This document shows, one piece after another, positions 53,518-62,654 of a stretch of DNA of 64,000 nt; position 1 is the stretch's first letter, and every line of letters begins with the position of its first letter. The translations under genes and the position numbers were made by a program. Source of the DNA: a bacterium (GTDB taxonomy: Bacteria; Patescibacteriota; Minisyncoccia; UBA6257; JAGOQP01); NCBI GenBank assembly GCA_021814695.1, contig JAKAHY010000001.1, positions 45,278 through 109,277 of the forward strand, in the 5' to 3' direction. The notes beneath the pieces are model-generated. The model saw only the letters and a program-made list of their open reading frames with translations. It did no database searches and was not told where the DNA came from.

Positions 53518-55677
53518 TTATTTATTCAGCTCAGCTCTCGTTCCGGGGCCAACATATCCGAAAGAATCAATACCGTGTTGAGTCTGATATTTTTTTACTG
53601 CCGCCTCGGTAAGAGGGCCGTAGTATCCGGTTACCGAACCGGAAAAGAATCCCTCGTCCTTAAGTATCTTCTGAAGCTCGGTAACGTCTTTTCCCGAAGA
53701 ACCTACTCCAAGAAAATTGGAAAACTTATACGAACCGGAGGTGCTGCCAGTTGAACCCGATGATGATGAAGTTCCGGCGATGTTAACGACAACAACATTA
53801 ACGGTCGCGCAAATGCCGTTGGCAGAACATATGTTTATTGAAGACATTCCGGCACTAACCCCCGTAAGAGTCAGTACGCTTCCGGTAAGGCTTGATTTGA
53901 AAATAGAGCCGGAATTTGAAGACAGACCGTATGGAGTGGTTCCCCCTGCTATCATAAGATTAATCCCCTGGCCTACCGAAAGCACCTGAGTAAGCGTCAG
54001 CGCCGATGAAGAGGTGTTTGTGGTGGTAGTGCCCGATCCCGTGGTTGATGTTCCTCCGGTTACCGTTACCGGCAATATGGCGCACTGGCCAAAACTCTGG
54101 CAAACCGTAATATTTGTCGTTCCGGCACTAACTCCGGTTACGGCTACAAAACCCCCGTTTATCAGAGCTGTGGCTATTGAAGGAGAGGTGTTACTGGAAA
54201 TATAGTAGCTGCCCGAACCGGGAAGAGATGAATTTGCAGTCTGACCGACCGGAATTGTAAGAGATGGCGGGTTGGGAGCAAAAGTAGTTCCCGACGACGA
54301 GCCCGTGACGGTAACATAAAGTATTGAACACTGCCCTCCTGTCTGACAGACGGTTATATTTGTCGTTCCAACCGAAGTTCCGCCAACATTGATAGTACTG
54401 CCGGTAACCGACGCAGTAGCAACATTGGAATTACTGTTGTTTTGGATGTAATAACTGCCGGCTCCCGAAGCAATAACGCTTATAGTCTGGCCCACGGTCA
54501 GGCTTGCGGTTGTTTGGCTCAAAGATATGGAAGTTCCGGCGGTTGCAACGGTTACGTTAATCAATCCGCAACCTCCGGTCGAGGTGCATACGGTAACAAC
54601 CGAAGAGCCGACTGCATTTCCGGTAAGAGTCAAAGTGTTGCCGACAACATTCGTCTGAACCACATTTGTATTTGTATTTGACGAAACATAATACGAACCG
54701 GAACTGCCGCTGAGAGTTACGGACGAAACTTGTCCGGGTATCAAAGACGGATTGCTCTGGCTGAAAGTAACAGAAGATGTGCTGGCAGAAGAAGCTGTTG
54801 CGTTAATAACTCCGCAAGAGCTCATATTCGAAGAACAAACGGTTATAACCGCCGAACCGCTATTACTGCTTCCGTACAAATTAACCGCGCTTCCGTTGAT
54901 TGATGCTTGTATAACAGTCGGACTGGAGTTGGTTACAACGGAATATGAACCCGTTCCGCCCCCTATCGTGACCGAAACGTTCTGTCCGTAAGGAACGGTT
55001 ACGTTACTCTGGCTGAAAGTTATCGGCTGCACGCTTGAACTCTGAACCGTTATCGTGAAGCTCGCGCAGTTTGTCGTATTAGCAAGCGAACACACATTTA
55101 CGGTAGTTGAGCCGGCTAAATTGGCCGTTATGGAAATTGTGTTGCCGCTGATGGTTATGTTTGCCACCGAAGGGCTTGAATTGCTGGATAAGAACAAAGA
55201 GCTTGCAGAATTATTATTTGCCGTAATCGATGCCGACTGTCCGACGTTCATAGTCAGACTCGTCTGGCTGAGAGACAATGCCGATGATCCGGTTGTCGTA
55301 GTAGATGTATACGGCCACGTCTGTGATCCGGAGCGTTGGTTATTGACCGTTACCGCAAACAAACTTCCCGGATAAATTCCGTATGCCGAAGTGCTTATTG
55401 TTGCCGAGAAATTTCCGCTGGAATCGGTATTTCCCAAAACACTGCTTTGGACAACGCTGGCGGTGTTCATATAATTCAAAACCACCACCGAACTGGCATC
55501 ACCGTTGATACTTATAAGAACATTATCACCCGTGCCCGTGACCGATGCCGTAAAAGACGGGGTCATAGCATAAACGCTTTGGGCAAAAACCAAGACCGAC
55601 CCGGCGCCGATAACTAAAGCGCCGAAAAATAATATTTTTTTGTAAAAAGTGTTTCTCATACAATAATTATAGACCAA
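53518..55677 (-). CDS. Large secreted protein with tandem S/T-rich Ig-like repeats (paired Cys) and C-terminal peptidoglycan-binding (PG_binding_1) domain
   Basis: Signal peptide. At least six ~80-aa repeats each containing V(C)...C. The C-terminus DVTELQKILKDEGFFSGSVTGYYGPLTEAAVKKYQ matches the PG-binding domain. Confidence 0.75.
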   Translation of the reverse strand: MVYNYCMRNTFYKKILFFGALVIGAGSVLVFAQSVYAMTPSFTASVTGTGDNVLISINGDASSVVVLNYMNTASVVQSSVLGNTDSSGNFSATISTSAYGIYPGSLFAVTVNNQRSGSQTWPYTSTTTTGSSALSLSQTSLTMNVGQSASITANNNSASSLFLSSNSSPSVANITISGNTISITANLAGSTTVNVCSLANTTNCASFTITVQSSSVQPITFSQSNVTVPYGQNVSVTIGGGTGSYSVVTNSSPTVIQASINGSAVNLYGSSNSGSAVITVCSSNMSSCGVINATASSASTSSVTFSQSNPSLIPGQVSSVTLSGSSGSYYVSSNTNTNVVQTNVVGNTLTLTGNAVGSSVVTVCTSTGGCGLINVTVATAGTSISLSQTTASLTVGQTISVIASGAGSYYIQNNSNSNVATASVTGSTINVGGTSVGTTNITVCQTGGQCSILYVTVTGSSSGTTFAPNPPSLTIPVGQTANSSLPGSGSYYISSNTSPSIATALINGGFVAVTGVSAGTTNITVCQSFGQCAILPVTVTGGTSTTGSGTTTTNTSSSALTLTQVLSVGQGINLMIAGGTTPYGLSSNSGSIFKSSLTGSVLTLTGVSAGMSSINICSANGICATVNVVVVNIAGTSSSSGSTGSTSGSYKFSNFLGVGSSGKDVTELQKILKDEGFFSGSVTGYYGPLTEAAVKKYQTQHGIDSFGYVGPGTRAELNK

Positions 55678-55744
55678 TATAAATAAAAAGAAACCTTAAT
55701 TATGTGAATCTAATTATATATACGATAACAAAGCCAAAATGGCT

Positions 55745-56038
55745 TTAATTTATATGCCCAATTGTTCTTTTATCGGAGATCTTTGAAAACTTTACGGCAA
55801 GATATGCACCCACCGCATTACCCAGGGCATACGTGGCTATGAGCAAAATACCGGAATCCGGAGTGAGATTTGATAGAATTCCGTAAAGAATTGTCAGATT
55901 AATAAGTGTGATAAAAAAAGAAAAAAATGCCGTTAATCCAGCCCTTTTTTTGGAAATAAGCTGATAATAGAGAGTTATCACAATGTCCTGAAGGACTCCT
56001 GCCCCGAAATATATTAAATAAATCCAGTAATTTTCCAT
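55745..56038 (-). CDS. Hypothetical 3-TM membrane protein
   Basis: Hydrophobic profile only. Confidence 0.45.
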   Translation of the reverse strand: MENYWIYLIYFGAGVLQDIVITLYYQLISKKRAGLTAFFSFFITLINLTILYGILSNLTPDSGILLIATYALGNAVGAYLAVKFSKISDKRTIGHIN

Positions 56039-56129
56039 ATTTTATCTATTATACCAATAAATGCCGGTGTCTTACAATAAATATCAACAAAAAACCTCCC
56101 ACATTGTAGGAGGTTTTTTGGATAATAAC

Positions 56130-56933
56130 TTACTGCTGGGAACTTGTAGCAGTAGACGTAGCGCTTGTAGGATTTACACTACTCATTTGTTTCAGATCTT
56201 TAACCATTTGTCCGGCATCTTTTCTTGCAGCAACAAAATCCTGCTGAGCTTTCTGAATCATACCCCTGGCATCTTTCATGGCCTGGGTATTTGAATCCAT
56301 AATAGTCTTATCCCCATTATCAGGCTGAAGTCCTGATACTTTGTCTATTGCCCCTTGGGCCTGAATTTTTGCGTCGGCAACTTTGGAATTAAAGTCCGAG
56401 ATAAGAGTCTGAAGCGTTGAAACATCTTTCCCCGCCGAAATCTCGGCCGTGATTCTTTCCTGAAGTTTCTGAGCCAAAGAATTCATCGTATCGACTATTG
56501 CAAGCGCTCTGTCGGCCGCAGCCATCAATGCACTCTGTGGAATTACCAGTGCATATATGCGATACGACTTTGTAATTGACTGGACATCCTCGCGAAGAGT
56601 TGTGGTGTCGGTATCGCCGTCAATTTTCAACTTTAACTGGTTAAGAACCTGTATTTGGTTTTGAACCGTGTTCTGCAATGTATTTCTTTCCGGATCCGAT
56701 AATTTCTTAACCTCCTGAAGCCTGAGGTTAAGAGCATCAAGTCTTTGGACCCTTCTGTCTATTTCCTGATTTGCTCTGTTGATTGTCCGGCTTTCGTTAA
56801 CTTTCAGTGCTTTGGCGCCAGGAGATGATCCTGCTGCCGTAGGACCTTGAGCCATAACCGGAAGCGCAACAATCGCGGAGATGGCCATGACCCCAACCAA
56901 AAGCATTGCCGCCCGTTTTCCTTTCTGAATCAT
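56130..56933 (-). CDS. Secreted coiled-coil protein, hypothetical
   Basis: Signal peptide (MAISAIVALPVMAQG) and Q/L-rich heptad regions. Confidence 0.5.
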   Translation of the reverse strand: MIQKGKRAAMLLVGVMAISAIVALPVMAQGPTAAGSSPGAKALKVNESRTINRANQEIDRRVQRLDALNLRLQEVKKLSDPERNTLQNTVQNQIQVLNQLKLKIDGDTDTTTLREDVQSITKSYRIYALVIPQSALMAAADRALAIVDTMNSLAQKLQERITAEISAGKDVSTLQTLISDFNSKVADAKIQAQGAIDKVSGLQPDNGDKTIMDSNTQAMKDARGMIQKAQQDFVAARKDAGQMVKDLKQMSSVNPTSATSTATSSQQ

Positions 56934-56956
56934 ATGTTAATTTAAAAATAATTTAA

Positions 56957-57247
56957 TTATTGACCTTGAACTATGGGCTGATCGTTTAACCCCTGATCGA
57001 TGCTGGCCGAATCGGAGCTTAAGCCGCTCAGTTGGCTATCGATTGTCTGTAAACTTTGGTCTAAAGCCGTGTTTGAATTCCCCTGCGGTAATACAGACGA
57101 GCTTGTTCCGGAAGTTGACGTAGCGGAATAAGGCGACTGCTCAGGAGCGGCCGGAGAGCCCGCTTGCCACTGGCTATACCACCAGATTAATCCGACAACA
57201 ACTATTATTGCGATAATCCAAAAAATAACTTTTGATTTTGATGTCAT
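56957..57247 (-). CDS. Membrane-anchored S/Q-rich low-complexity protein
   Basis: N-terminal TM helix and a low-complexity tail. Confidence 0.4.
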   Translation of the reverse strand: MTSKSKVIFWIIAIIVVVGLIWWYSQWQAGSPAAPEQSPYSATSTSGTSSSVLPQGNSNTALDQSLQTIDSQLSGLSSDSASIDQGLNDQPIVQGQ

Positions 57248-57322
57248 TGATTTGTTTTTGCAATATGTTTTAGACGACCTTTTCGGTTCTAAATAATTTC
57301 AGCGTTTCTTAAAATAAGAGAT

Positions 57323-58066
57323 CTATCCCAGCCTGATATCTTTCTGAATTGATTTTCTGTAGGGCTTTCCGGTAAATGTGACCCAGAGATAATCCGCGCT
57401 TGCATTAAAAGCAGTCATCAAAATACCTTCGGCCTTAAGCCGTCTGGCGGAGGTATGTATCGGAAGTTTTGAAGTAAATTTCACCCTGCCCACCTTACCG
57501 ATTCGTTTTGCAACATCAATATCTTCCCCGAAAAAATTAAGGTCCATATTATATCCCCCTATTTTTTCCAAAGCCTCCCTGCGTAAAACAAAATTTCCTC
57601 CCTGAAGCATTGTTCCTTTTTTCATAACCTTCTGATTGAAAGCGTTGCCCATCGTTCCCACAAGAAAAAAAGTTTTTACCATAATATTAGTCAGCTTGGG
57701 AAGATCATAATAAATAAACGGGCCGCTTAAGGCGACCAAATCATCATTATTTGAAAACTCGTTTATAACGCGGTCAATCCATCCGTCCAGAAGTATCGTG
57801 TCCGCATCAAGGTTTGCAATCAACTCCCCTTTTGAAGCTTTAAATCCGGCCTGTCTGGCAGGAACAAGTCCTTTTTTGGTTTCGTTGACTACTTTGACTC
57901 CCTTAAACGATTCAGCAATCTCTTTGGTTTTGTCCGTGCTGGCATTATTAACAACGATAATTTCGGTATCGTAATCCCCTCTTTCTATTTGAGACAAAAC
58001 AGAATCGAGGCATTTACCAATATAAGCCTCTTCATTATAGGCCGGGATGACAAAGCTTAATTTCAT
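57323..58066 (-). CDS. Family 2 glycosyltransferase
   Basis: SFVIPAYNEE, the DxD region (NLDAD) and the GT2 fold. Confidence 0.8.
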   Translation of the reverse strand: MKLSFVIPAYNEEAYIGKCLDSVLSQIERGDYDTEIIVVNNASTDKTKEIAESFKGVKVVNETKKGLVPARQAGFKASKGELIANLDADTILLDGWIDRVINEFSNNDDLVALSGPFIYYDLPKLTNIMVKTFFLVGTMGNAFNQKVMKKGTMLQGGNFVLRREALEKIGGYNMDLNFFGEDIDVAKRIGKVGRVKFTSKLPIHTSARRLKAEGILMTAFNASADYLWVTFTGKPYRKSIQKDIRLG

Positions 58067-58077
58067 AATTTGGGTTT

Positions 58078-58758
58078 TTAATCTACCCTAAGCGAACGCA
58101 TTTTAACTATCATCCTGATTATCCCAAAAATCGGCTCAATTCTCAATATTTCCATATCCATCTTAATTTCACCCCAAAAACCCCTCAATTTACCCACTTT
58201 CCACGATTTCCACGGGCTCAGTACGTTATCCCAGGGAACAATTTTTATTCTGTAATTATTCTTTATGATTAATTTATTCATAAAAGTTTCCAGGCCATAA
58301 CCGGATATTTTTTCTATTTCACCCAGATGTTCGGCAATTAATTCCTTAGGAAACACCCTTTCTCCCGAAACAAAGTCAATTCCGATTTTTCTGTAAAGCC
58401 CGGGAGCATTTTTCCTCAAACTGATGCTTATATCGGCCTTACCTGATATTACCGGACGGATTAGATCGGTTATATTTTCCGGAGTCAGCCCTATTAAATC
58501 CGCATCCAAGAAAAATAGATACTTACCTTTTGACGCTCTTACCCCGGAAACTATTGCCCGGCTTTTTCCCTGATTTTTTTCATGCCTGACGAGTAATACG
58601 TTTTTATATTTTTTAACCAACTCTGCCGTTCCGTCTTTTGAGGCATCATCAACGACAATAATCTCATTTATAAGCGGATGCCCTTCGACGGTCTTAAGTA
58701 TCTTTTCTATTTGGCCGGATTCATTATATGCCGGAATTATGCATGAAATTTTTTCCAT
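58078..58758 (-). CDS. Family 2 glycosyltransferase (polyprenyl-phosphate sugar transferase-like)
   Basis: SCIIPAYNES...IIVVDDASKDGT...FLDADL. Confidence 0.8.
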   Translation of the reverse strand: MEKISCIIPAYNESGQIEKILKTVEGHPLINEIIVVDDASKDGTAELVKKYKNVLLVRHEKNQGKSRAIVSGVRASKGKYLFFLDADLIGLTPENITDLIRPVISGKADISISLRKNAPGLYRKIGIDFVSGERVFPKELIAEHLGEIEKISGYGLETFMNKLIIKNNYRIKIVPWDNVLSPWKSWKVGKLRGFWGEIKMDMEILRIEPIFGIIRMIVKMRSLRVD

Positions 58759-58759
58759 A

Positions 58760-59353
58760 TTATTCCATATGTTCCTTTCTCCTTAATTTTTTTACAAACA
58801 GATAAGCCACTACAACCAGCGCAATGGCCATTAAAATACCCATGGATGCAAACTCAAAATATTTGTTTATCAGCTGATAAGCCGAACCGAAATAATATCC
58901 CAAAATCAAAAAAACAAGCACTTTAGGAAAAGAGCCGATGCTGTTAAATACGATAAATTTTTTCAGAGACATTTTGGACATTCCGGCGGCAAGCAAAATC
59001 GCCCCTCCGACCGAATGAGTCCACTTTCCGAAAAGAAGAGTTTTCCCGGCATGCTTTTCAAAATGCCCCTCAAGTTTTTTTGCATGTTCGATTTTTATCC
59101 ATAAGAATTTTCCATGTGAAATAATCCTTTTTGTCCCCCATCTGCCGATGGCATAATAAATAAGATCTCCGATAATATCCCCCAAAAAAGAAATAATGTA
59201 GACAATAACAAGATTAAAATACCCCAGAGACGCCAAAAAACCTCCTATAAGAGTCGCAACCGGCCCCTCAATAATAGTTATCGGAACCAAAATAATATAC
59301 CCGTAAGTAATCAGGAGAGGAGAAATGCTGGCGGTTGATAGTATGCTAAGCAT
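58760..59353 (-). CDS. DedA/VTT-domain membrane protein
   Basis: VIVYIISFLGDIIGDLIYYAIGRWG is a DedA motif. Confidence 0.7.
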   Translation of the reverse strand: MLSILSTASISPLLITYGYIILVPITIIEGPVATLIGGFLASLGYFNLVIVYIISFLGDIIGDLIYYAIGRWGTKRIISHGKFLWIKIEHAKKLEGHFEKHAGKTLLFGKWTHSVGGAILLAAGMSKMSLKKFIVFNSIGSFPKVLVFLILGYYFGSAYQLINKYFEFASMGILMAIALVVVAYLFVKKLRRKEHME

Positions 59354-60026
59354 TGCCGTTTTGATGGTCTAACCCCATCATAAATACATGCCGGTCGTAT
59401 TTGAATATTTTTTCGGAAATTTTAAAAATCGTATAGGTTATGAAGAAAGCCGCAAAAACATCTATCGAGTAATGGACGTGTGCCATAAGCACGATTATCC
59501 CGAAAAATACCGACGACGCCAGACAAAAAACCCTCAAAACTTTATTGTGCCAAAAAACAAGCGCCATCAAAAACGGAAGTCCTGTATGGCTTGAGAAAAA
59601 CAAATCGCTTCCGGTCGTAAAAACTCCGATTAAACTGTTAAGGTCGATTTTGATTCCGGTAGGAAAAGGACCGATATGAGTCAGCGTGATGGATAGCGCC
59701 CGAACCAGAGTAAAGAGAGCAATGCTTTTAAGAGTGAAGGGAATTTTTCTCGGTTCGTGGAAAACAAGATAAATTCCTATTATTACCCAAAATACAACCG
59801 GGCCATATAAAAATATGCCATCCACATCAAAGACCGGTATATTACTTAAAATTATATCGCTTACGGGATTACTCGCTCTGTCGGTGGCATAGATGATCGC
59901 GTAAAAAGTAGCGACTATGCCTATGAGCAAAAAAACAAGGGATAAGATGAAATTATAGATAAAGCGTTTGTTTTTTAAACAAAGTTTGTATTTCTCTCCA
60001 ATAGCGTATGCCATATTTGTTATCAA
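59346..60026 (-). CDS. PAP2 superfamily phosphatase (membrane)
   Basis: PAP2 motifs: K...R.P region, SSHTG and AHVHYSIDV. Confidence 0.7.
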   Translation of the reverse strand: MITNMAYAIGEKYKLCLKNKRFIYNFILSLVFLLIGIVATFYAIIYATDRASNPVSDIILSNIPVFDVDGIFLYGPVVFWVIIGIYLVFHEPRKIPFTLKSIALFTLVRALSITLTHIGPFPTGIKIDLNSLIGVFTTGSDLFFSSHTGLPFLMALVFWHNKVLRVFCLASSVFFGIIVLMAHVHYSIDVFAAFFITYTIFKISEKIFKYDRHVFMMGLDHQNGNA

Positions 60027-60096
60027 TTATATACTCTCCTGCGCCAATTTATCAAACCAAAAAGGCGCTCGCAATATATGCAGCGCCTCAGGCAGA

Positions 60097-60465
60097 TTAT
60101 TGAACCGAAGAAGTCGGCGGTTGAAAGTTTTTTCCGTAAAGATTAGACGCCGCCGGGCCCCAGCCATTTTCAAGACCGGACTGTCCCCCGTGCCACATCA
60201 TGACATATCCTCCGGGAAGCGAACGTGCGCCGTCGGCACCGTAAAACATCAGACTTTTAAGTTCTCCGAGCTTGAATCCGGCCCAAAAAACAAAAACCAA
60301 TATAAGAAACCCGATTATCAATCGGACAAATCTAAAGCCGTGATGGCAATGATGACACCACATATGCCCATGCATATGTCCATGGCCGTGGCCGCATTCC
60401 GGACAACCCCCAAACTTGCATTCCGAACATTCATCCTTAAATTCCTTGTTTTCTTTGTCTTCCAT
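60097..60465 (-). CDS. His/Cys-rich metal-binding membrane protein
   Basis: CPECGHGHGHMHGHMWCHHCHHG followed by a TM helix. Confidence 0.5.
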   Translation of the reverse strand: MEDKENKEFKDECSECKFGGCPECGHGHGHMHGHMWCHHCHHGFRFVRLIIGFLILVFVFWAGFKLGELKSLMFYGADGARSLPGGYVMMWHGGQSGLENGWGPAASNLYGKNFQPPTSSVQ

Positions 60466-60581
60466 AATATTTATTGTCCACTTTTAACGACCTTTATTAT
60501 CTACAATTATACACGTTTACCGGAAAAATACTGGGGAAAATTAACCATGCGCACAAAACACATATGTGATAGAATTTTTTT

Positions 60582-61118
60582 ATGAAGACCAAAACCGTTG
60601 TTTTTGGAGGAGGATGCTTCTGGTGCACAGAGGCCATATTTCATGAGATAAACGGCATAATTTCGGTAGAACCAGGATATGCCGGGGGCAATCTTGCCGA
60701 CCCGACATATGACCAGGTGTGTTCCGGAACAACCGGACACATAGAAGTGACAAAAATAGAATACGACCCCGACCTGATTAAGTTTAAGGATTTATTAAAA
60801 GTATTTTTCGGAACTCATGATCCGACCACCCTGGACAAACAAGGCAACGACGTGGGGTCACAATACAATTCCGCGATTTTCTACACCACAGACGAACAGA
60901 AAAAAGAATCCGAGAAGGCAATTAAAGACTTAAAGGATTCCGGAATAGAAGTTGTAACCCAGGTACGGCCTCTTGAAAAATTTTACAAGGCCGAGGATTA
61001 TCATAAAAATTATTACCTTAAACATAAGGACCAGCCGTATTGCCTGGCGGTCATTGACCCCAAGCTCAAAAAGTTAAGAAATGAATTCGGTGAATTTTTA
61101 AAAGAGTCGAAAAAATAA
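60582..61118 (+). CDS. msrA: Peptide methionine sulfoxide reductase A
   Basis: GGGCFWCTEA active site. Confidence 0.9.
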   Translation: MKTKTVVFGGGCFWCTEAIFHEINGIISVEPGYAGGNLADPTYDQVCSGTTGHIEVTKIEYDPDLIKFKDLLKVFFGTHDPTTLDKQGNDVGSQYNSAIFYTTDEQKKESEKAIKDLKDSGIEVVTQVRPLEKFYKAEDYHKNYYLKHKDQPYCLAVIDPKLKKLRNEFGEFLKESKK

Positions 61119-61135
61119 TTAATCCAACAAATAAT

Positions 61136-61516
61136 ATGAACGATGACAAGCTCGATCCGGAACTTTACAGAATTGCGCGTGAAAAAGGTACCGAACCGGC
61201 ATTCAGTGGAAAATATCTCAACGAGCACTCAAAAGGAATGTACCGCTGCGCCGTATGCGGAGCGGAATTGTTCTCCTCGGATACCAAATTCGATTCTGGA
61301 ACAGGCTGGCCGAGTTTTAGCGAGCCGGCCAATACAAAAAATATAATCCTTAAAAAAGACAACAGCGAAGGAATGGAAAGAACGGAAGTCGTCTGTAAAA
61401 ATTGCGGAGCTCATTTGGGGCACGTATTTGATGACGGCCCCAAAGAAAAAGGAGGGAAAAGGTATTGTATTAACTCAACCTGTCTTCAATTAGAAAAAAC
61501 AAATGAAACAACATAA
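61136..61516 (+). CDS. msrB: Peptide methionine sulfoxide reductase B
   Basis: CAVCGAELF...GWPSF...CKNCGAHLGHVFDDGP (zinc CxxC pairs plus the catalytic region). Confidence 0.9.
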   Translation: MNDDKLDPELYRIAREKGTEPAFSGKYLNEHSKGMYRCAVCGAELFSSDTKFDSGTGWPSFSEPANTKNIILKKDNSEGMERTEVVCKNCGAHLGHVFDDGPKEKGGKRYCINSTCLQLEKTNETT

Positions 61517-62063
61517 TTCAATTATTTCGCTTATTGTAGGTACGATTGTTTTAACCGTTATATTCGGGACAATCTATGCGGTAGGCCAGCAAATTTTACG
61601 CCTGAGCGCCAATTATCCCCAAATACAGATAGCTCAGGATTCGGCTTTGCAACTTGAAAACGGAGCAGTTCCGGCTGTAATCGTTTCCGCATCAACGGTA
61701 AATATAGCCGACAGTCTGGCGCCTTTCTCCATCATTTATGACAGCAATTTAAATCCACTGGCCTCCTCCGCTATTCTTAACGGAAAAGTGCCGATGCTTC
61801 CCAAAGGAGTTTTCGAGAATGCAAAGGCTCGTGGAGAAAACAGAATAACCTGGCAACCTCAAGCGGGAGTAAGAATAGCTGCTGTTATAACTTATTACGA
61901 AAAAGGCGGCGTTTCGGGGTATGTAGCCTCCGGACGTTCCTTGCGGGAAGTCGAAAAATTGGAGGATTGGGTATTCGATTTGGCTGCTTGGGGATGGTTT
62001 ATAAGTTTTGCTTTCTTTGCAATAATAATTGTCCTGAAGAAAAAATTGTATCCGACACAATAA
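61503..62063 (+). CDS. Hypothetical bitopic membrane protein
   Basis: N- and C-terminal TM helices. A terminator follows. Confidence 0.45.
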   Translation: MKQHNSIISLIVGTIVLTVIFGTIYAVGQQILRLSANYPQIQIAQDSALQLENGAVPAVIVSASTVNIADSLAPFSIIYDSNLNPLASSAILNGKVPMLPKGVFENAKARGENRITWQPQAGVRIAAVITYYEKGGVSGYVASGRSLREVEKLEDWVFDLAAWGWFISFAFFAIIIVLKKKLYPTQ

Positions 62064-62072
62064 AAACCATCA

Positions 62073-62096
62073 AAAAACCGCCCGAGGCGGTTTTTG
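62073..62096. terminator. Bidirectional rho-independent terminator
   Basis: aaaaccgcc-cgag-gcggttttt. Confidence 0.7.
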
Positions 62097-62102
62097 TTTT
62101 AT

Positions 62103-62600
62103 TTATTTTGGTTGAATCTGAAGTTTAAGGGCATTCCTTCCGTTACAGACAATGTCATAATATCCGGAATCTAACGCGGTAACGATAGCGAAGTTTTTTG
62201 CCGGAATCATAATGTTTTGGGTTTTTATCGTCAGCTCATCTTTTATCTGGCTTGTATTTTCAAGCATAAATTTTGTTCCCTGCCGCATATACAATACTCC
62301 CGGATAACCGACGCAGTCCACAAGTTGGGAATAGAGAGACTGGGAAGAATAATAATTATAAGCCTGATTGCGCGTCAAAGTCGTCCCCGTCTGAGTTGTT
62401 GTTTTCGACGTCGCAGATGGCGTGGTTACATTGCCACTATTCTGAGATGGAGCGGCAGTTTCACTCGATGTTGCCGAAGGCAAAGTCTCCGTTGTTTGAG
62501 AGGGGTAATTCGGCTTGGACAGGAAATAAAGAGCCGTAAAACCACCGACGACCAGAACAATTAATATAATTTTCACGATCATTTTTTTATCCATAAACAC
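62103..62600 (-). CDS. Membrane-anchored secreted protein with S/T-rich linker, hypothetical
   Basis: N-terminal TM helix, a T/S-rich linker and a C-terminal ~90-aa domain with 2 Cys. Confidence 0.45.
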   Translation of the reverse strand: MFMDKKMIVKIILIVLVVGGFTALYFLSKPNYPSQTTETLPSATSSETAAPSQNSGNVTTPSATSKTTTQTGTTLTRNQAYNYYSSQSLYSQLVDCVGYPGVLYMRQGTKFMLENTSQIKDELTIKTQNIMIPAKNFAIVTALDSGYYDIVCNGRNALKLQIQPK

Positions 62601-62654
62601 ATTATAGCAAGTTAAAACCGATTAATCATCAGTCGACCTTTTTAGCTGTTGATT

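Noticed and set aside
59968-60585. 205-aa ORF on the + strand
   Set aside because: It is antisense to the His-rich membrane protein gene and runs into the msrA start. Its composition is not protein-like.
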